DNA of 64,000 bases from Chiloscyllium plagiosum (taxonomy: Eukaryota): assembly GCF_004010195.1 (NCBI RefSeq), contig NC_057719.1, positions 83,140,158-83,204,157 on the forward strand, in the 5' to 3' direction. Position numbers and translations under genes: made by a program. Every line of letters starts with the position of its first letter. Positions within the stretch are counted from its first letter, which is position 1. The notes under the pieces are model-generated. The model saw only the letters and a program-made list of their open reading frames with translations. It was not told the origin of the DNA and made no database searches. Shown in pieces: positions 59,029-64,000 of the stretch.

Positions 59029-59319
59029 GTAGATTAGATTAGATTCTGTACAGTGTGGAAACAGGCCCTTCGGCCCAACAAGTCCACACCGACCCTCCGA
59101 AGAGTAACCCACCCAGACCCGTTTCCCTCTGACTAATGCACCTAACACTCTGGGCAATTTAGTATGGCCAATTCACCTAACCTGCACATCTTTGGACTGT
59201 GGGAGGAAACCCATGCAGACACAGGGAGAATGTGCAAACTCCACACAGACAGTCACCCGAGGCTGGAATCGAACCCAGGTCCCTGGTGCAGTGCTAACCA
59301 CTGAGCCACCATGCCGCCC
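59029..59319 (-). mobile_element. HE1-type SINE
   Basis: V-domain and (AATCT)n tail. Confidence 0.88.
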
Positions 59320-59833
59320 ATACATAGATACAGTCAGATTTCTGATTTCCAATGGATATTAAAGGGTTATGGAGATAGTACGGGTAAAAGGCATTGAAGT
59401 GTTCAATCTTTAAATGATAGAGCAGGCTTGATGGGCTGATTGGCCTAATCTTCTTCCTGCTAAGGTAAGCACTGTTAATATTTGAGTCACAGAACTTCCT
59501 TTTCAATTCAGACGTATGGTAGACACAGCTCCTAAACTTGTGGCCTCCACCATCTTCAGAATCACGAGTAGCAGGCTCATTGGAATACTACCACCTCCAA
59601 ATCTCACTACACATCACACACCATCGTGACTTCCAACGATACCGCTGCTCCCTCACTGTGACTGGGTTAAAATCCTGGAGCTCCCTCCTGGGACGCCCTG
59701 TGTATGTACCTAACATACCGCCCAGTGAAAAACTGAGCTATCAGAGACAGCCTACAATCTTTGTCAATAATGTCAATGGAGGAAAGGCCACTTTTAAATA
59801 AAAACCTCAAGATTTTTGAAGGTTTTCAAATGG

Positions 59834-60363
<530 letters not shown>

Positions 60364-60764
60364 TTAAAACCCATTTCTACCGGCAACGTCCCAAAGGCAC
60401 CATACCAACACAAGTCATTCTGATTGGACAAACAGTGTCAGGCAGAGTTAGGGATGGAAAGGTTGTGCTTTGAATTTACAGCCATTTATGAAACTCTGTC
60501 CGTGGCCTCTAATACAGTGCAACGGACCAAACAGTGGTGCAGCTTATTGTTGTTAGTAGCTTCTCTTCCCAAGCAATGGCTAGCCTTCTGCTAGCGCCAT
60601 TTGGCTGAGGAGAGAGGGTGGTTGGGTTAGGATTTACAGGCCTGGCCAACTCTTTCCCTTGTCTGTAAGATGCCAGCCCTGGTTTAGCATGTCATTTCCG
60701 CAGAGCTCCCCGTGCTGTCCAGCCCATAACAAAATGTCTATTCTGCCGAGTTCCCTTCCATCAC

Positions 60765-61880
60765 AGAGTCAAACAGAGTGGAAACAGACCCTTTGATCCA
60801 ACTAGTCCACACCATGTTCCCAAACTAAACTAGTGCTTGGCCCACGTTCCTCCAAACTCTTCCTATTCATGTACCTATCCAAATGTCTCTTAAATGTTGT
60901 AACTGTACCACATCCCACCACTTCCTCTGGCAGTTCATTCCACACAATAACTATAGTCTGTGTAAAACAACGTTGCCCCTAGTGTCCTTTTTAAATCTTT
61001 CCCCTCTTAACTTAGAAATATGCCCCCTAGTTTTGAACTGCCCCACCCTAGGGAATGAACTCTTGCTATTCATTTTATCTATGCCCCTCGTGATTTTACA
61101 AAACTCAGTAAGGTCACCCTTCAACCTCCTACACTCCAGTGAAAAAAGTCCCAATCTTTCCAGTCTATTTTTATAACTCAAACCCTCCAATCCCAGCAAC
61201 ATCTTTTCCGAACCCTCTCCAGTTTAATAATATCCTTCCTATAACAGGGTGACCAGAACTGGACACAGTACTCTTGAAAAGGCCTCACCAATGTCCTGTA
61301 CAATCTCAACACGATGTCCCAACTCCTATTCTCAACGGTCTGAGCAATAAAGACCAGCATGCTAAACACCTTCTTAACCACCCCGTCTGCCTGTGAGGAG
61401 ACAGTGAGGACTGCAGACGCTGGAGATCAGAGTCGAGAGATTGGTGCTGGAAAAGCACAGCAGGCCAGGCAGCATCAGAGGGGCAGGAGAACCGACGTTT
61501 CGGGCATAAGCCCTTTATCTACCTGCGACACAAATTTCAAAGAATTATGTACCTCTGGTCTCTGGGTCCTACCACACTAAAAAGGACAGAAGGGGCAACT
61601 TTTGTTTTTAAACACAGACAGCAGTTTGTGTGTGGATCGAACTGCCAGAGAAAGTGATGGGTGCGGGTACAGTTACAGCTTTTAAAAGATATTTGGCTAA
61701 GTCAGTGAATAGGAAAGGTCTGGGGGAATATGGACCAAGCACAGGCAAGTGGGACCACCTTAGTTTGAGAATATGGTCGGCACGGACTAGTTGGACCGAA
61801 GGGTCTGTTTCCATGCTGTATGACTCTGTGACTCTACCCAGGGCCCTGCCATTAATTGTAAAAGTCCCGTCCTTCTTTGT
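60765..61880 (-). mobile_element. CR1 LINE fragment with nested hammerhead insert (61397-61517) and nested opposite-strand CR1 end (61600-61830)
   Basis: LVRPFQEYCVQFWSP motif; insert flanked by TCTGCCTGTGA and TCTACCTGCGA. Confidence 0.83.
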
Positions 61881-64000
61881 TTTACAAACCGTGTCTAGTG
61901 GGAAGTGATATCTGCTCATCCCAGTGACCGAATCACCTTCAACATAAAGACCAAAGGGGAAGGCCAAAGGAAGGGCAAGGGTTAACTACCTCTCGGTTCT
62001 GTTGGAGACATAGACAGACACTGAGAATTTACAGCAAGGGAAACAGGCCATTGTGGTTAAAGAGCTCTGTGTCAGGCCTATCCTTTATACCCTCTTCCAG
62101 CTACTTGACGCGATCCTTCCAGTCTGAGTTTGCTCTTGTATTTATACAGCTCCCCCTTAAAAGCATCCAATTACTCGCCTCAATTACCTCCGTTTGAGCC
62201 TCTTATAAACTACTCTTTGGATAAAGGTTCCTATTCTCTGTAGGAATTATTAGCGAAACCCATGTGAAAATGTTTCTTTTATCCCAATCCAACCCCCCAC
62301 CTCCCCTTCAAGACCCATGAGAGGTCACGAGTCAAACGTCTTTCTCTTTCAGACAAAAGGGACCTCAGTCAGTTCCTCATCAGTTATCGGGCAAGAATGG
62401 GACTGAAGGAAACAGCTCGGGACATGACCACCCAAGACTTTGTTTGAAGTCTGCTCTTAAACGTCGGCTAAACAAAGCGGGCGCTGGGTTGTAACCTGAA
62501 GCGACCCATTTCTCCGCGCAAGGTCACAGCCCAACGTAGCCCCCACACAAACAAAATCAAAACAGGACGGGCTAAATCTGTTTTCTCAGACAGCGACAGA
62601 TCAAGGCCCTGGCTCGTGTTGACACAACACAACCTCGGAAACCAATGCTTGACAAAAGAGACGGTTATTGACACTCAGTCACAGAGTGTGAGAAAGCTAG
62701 CCCATGCTGCCCCCTCCCCCTCCCACCCCATCCCCCGGCCCGTAACCTTCCATCTTGACATGCACACAGTCTTAATAATGGGCCTTGGCTTCCTAATAAT
62801 TCAGCTAAGTGCCAACCTTGACAAAACGGAGAGGCCCTAATCGCCTGGCTTCTTTCGACAGTCTGTCCATCTGGGCTAATGATGGGCCTGAAACCTTTTG
62901 AAGTACACCTTAAAAAGCCCGAAGCTGAAGCCTCAGTGGCTGCGTGTTTTTTAACCCTTCCCCTGCCTGGTCTGCCATCAGACACCTCCTGGAGATAGCG
63001 GGGGTGAGGAAACATACAGTAGCTTGGATGCTCCGCCAATCGCAGTTCACTCGTCGCTCCTCTCTGTTCCCGTTTAGTGTGAGTACCGAGCTCCACATTT
63101 CTCGCCTGGGAATTCCCAATCAGGCTCTGTGAGAAAAGCAGGGAATAGCTCGAAATTCCCCAGGAGGGCAGGATCGTCAAGGGAAGTCGAGTCCCTAACC
63201 CTGGTGCAGCACAGCCGGGCACTCTGGGAGCTACTTGCGGAAGTATTCAAAGAAAGTGTGGGGGTTAGGGTGCAGGCTAGTCAAGGGTTTAGGGGTGCCA
63301 CGTGGGTGTTGGGACAGGGAGATAGGCTCCCAGGTAAATGACGGAGCGCTTATGGCAGATGGAGGGAGCTATGGTGCATGCAGGGTCTGGGGGTAATTGT
63401 TGGGTCTTGTGTGTTGGTTTTTGGGGTTGTGCTCAGACAGGGGGAGGCACTGTCAGGGATTTGGGAAACCTGAGAGGTTGTGGGGTGGGGGGGTGGGTCT
63501 ACCTGTAACTAAGGAATGTAACTAGGTACTCCATACCTAAGATGGTGCCATGTGTTGGTGATATTATTACACTGTAATTAATCTAATAACTGAAGAAGCT
63601 GTGCCTAGGTACCTTTGTATCCAAGTAGTGACTTATCCAACTTTTCATTGTACTCATTAAAGTAGGTAACAATAAATTTAATTCAATTCAATTCAACCTA
63701 CAGCACCATGGACTGCAGTGGTTCAAGAAGGCAGCTCACCACCACCTTCTCAAGGGGCAACTAGGGACGGGCAATAAATGCTGGTCTTTCAACTTGTGTT
63801 TGAATGGTGCCTTTAATATGTAAAAACATCCCAAGATACATAAGAGAGCGATTCTCAAAGATGACCAATTGGTCTGAAAAAAAAACGGGCAGAATTTCTT
63901 TCCCTTGCCCTCCCACAAATTGCCAGGGGATGGTATTCCCACGTAGCTTCTGCCCTTGTCCTTCCAAGCAGAAGTTGTCGTGGGTGCTGTCTGAGGAGCT

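Overview
This is eukaryotic, repeat-rich vertebrate DNA. The HE1-type tRNA-derived SINEs and CR1 LINEs point to a cartilaginous fish (shark); that assignment is an inference. The whole window lies inside one minus-strand gene, PLEKHH1 (coiled-coil, low-complexity linker, two PH domains, MyTH4, start of FERM). I traced 19 consecutive coding exons from 60345 down to 914, all with GT-AG boundaries and compatible phases, totalling 3003 nt or 1001 codons. The start and stop codons fall outside the window. The introns hold CR1, L2-group, Tx1 and Rex1 LINE fragments, HE1 and other SINEs, a decayed Gypsy pol, two TA-flanked MITEs, a 30-bp minisatellite, microsatellites and a 779-nt assembly gap. The most notable hidden signal is a set of about 9 short Penelope-like inserts that carry minimal hammerhead-ribozyme cores (CUGANGA-A-hairpin-GAAA-NUH). 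Several have target-site duplications, and in the main family one boundary sits repeatedly at the ribozyme core. Repeat boundaries and family names are approximate and were recognised by eye, with no database search.
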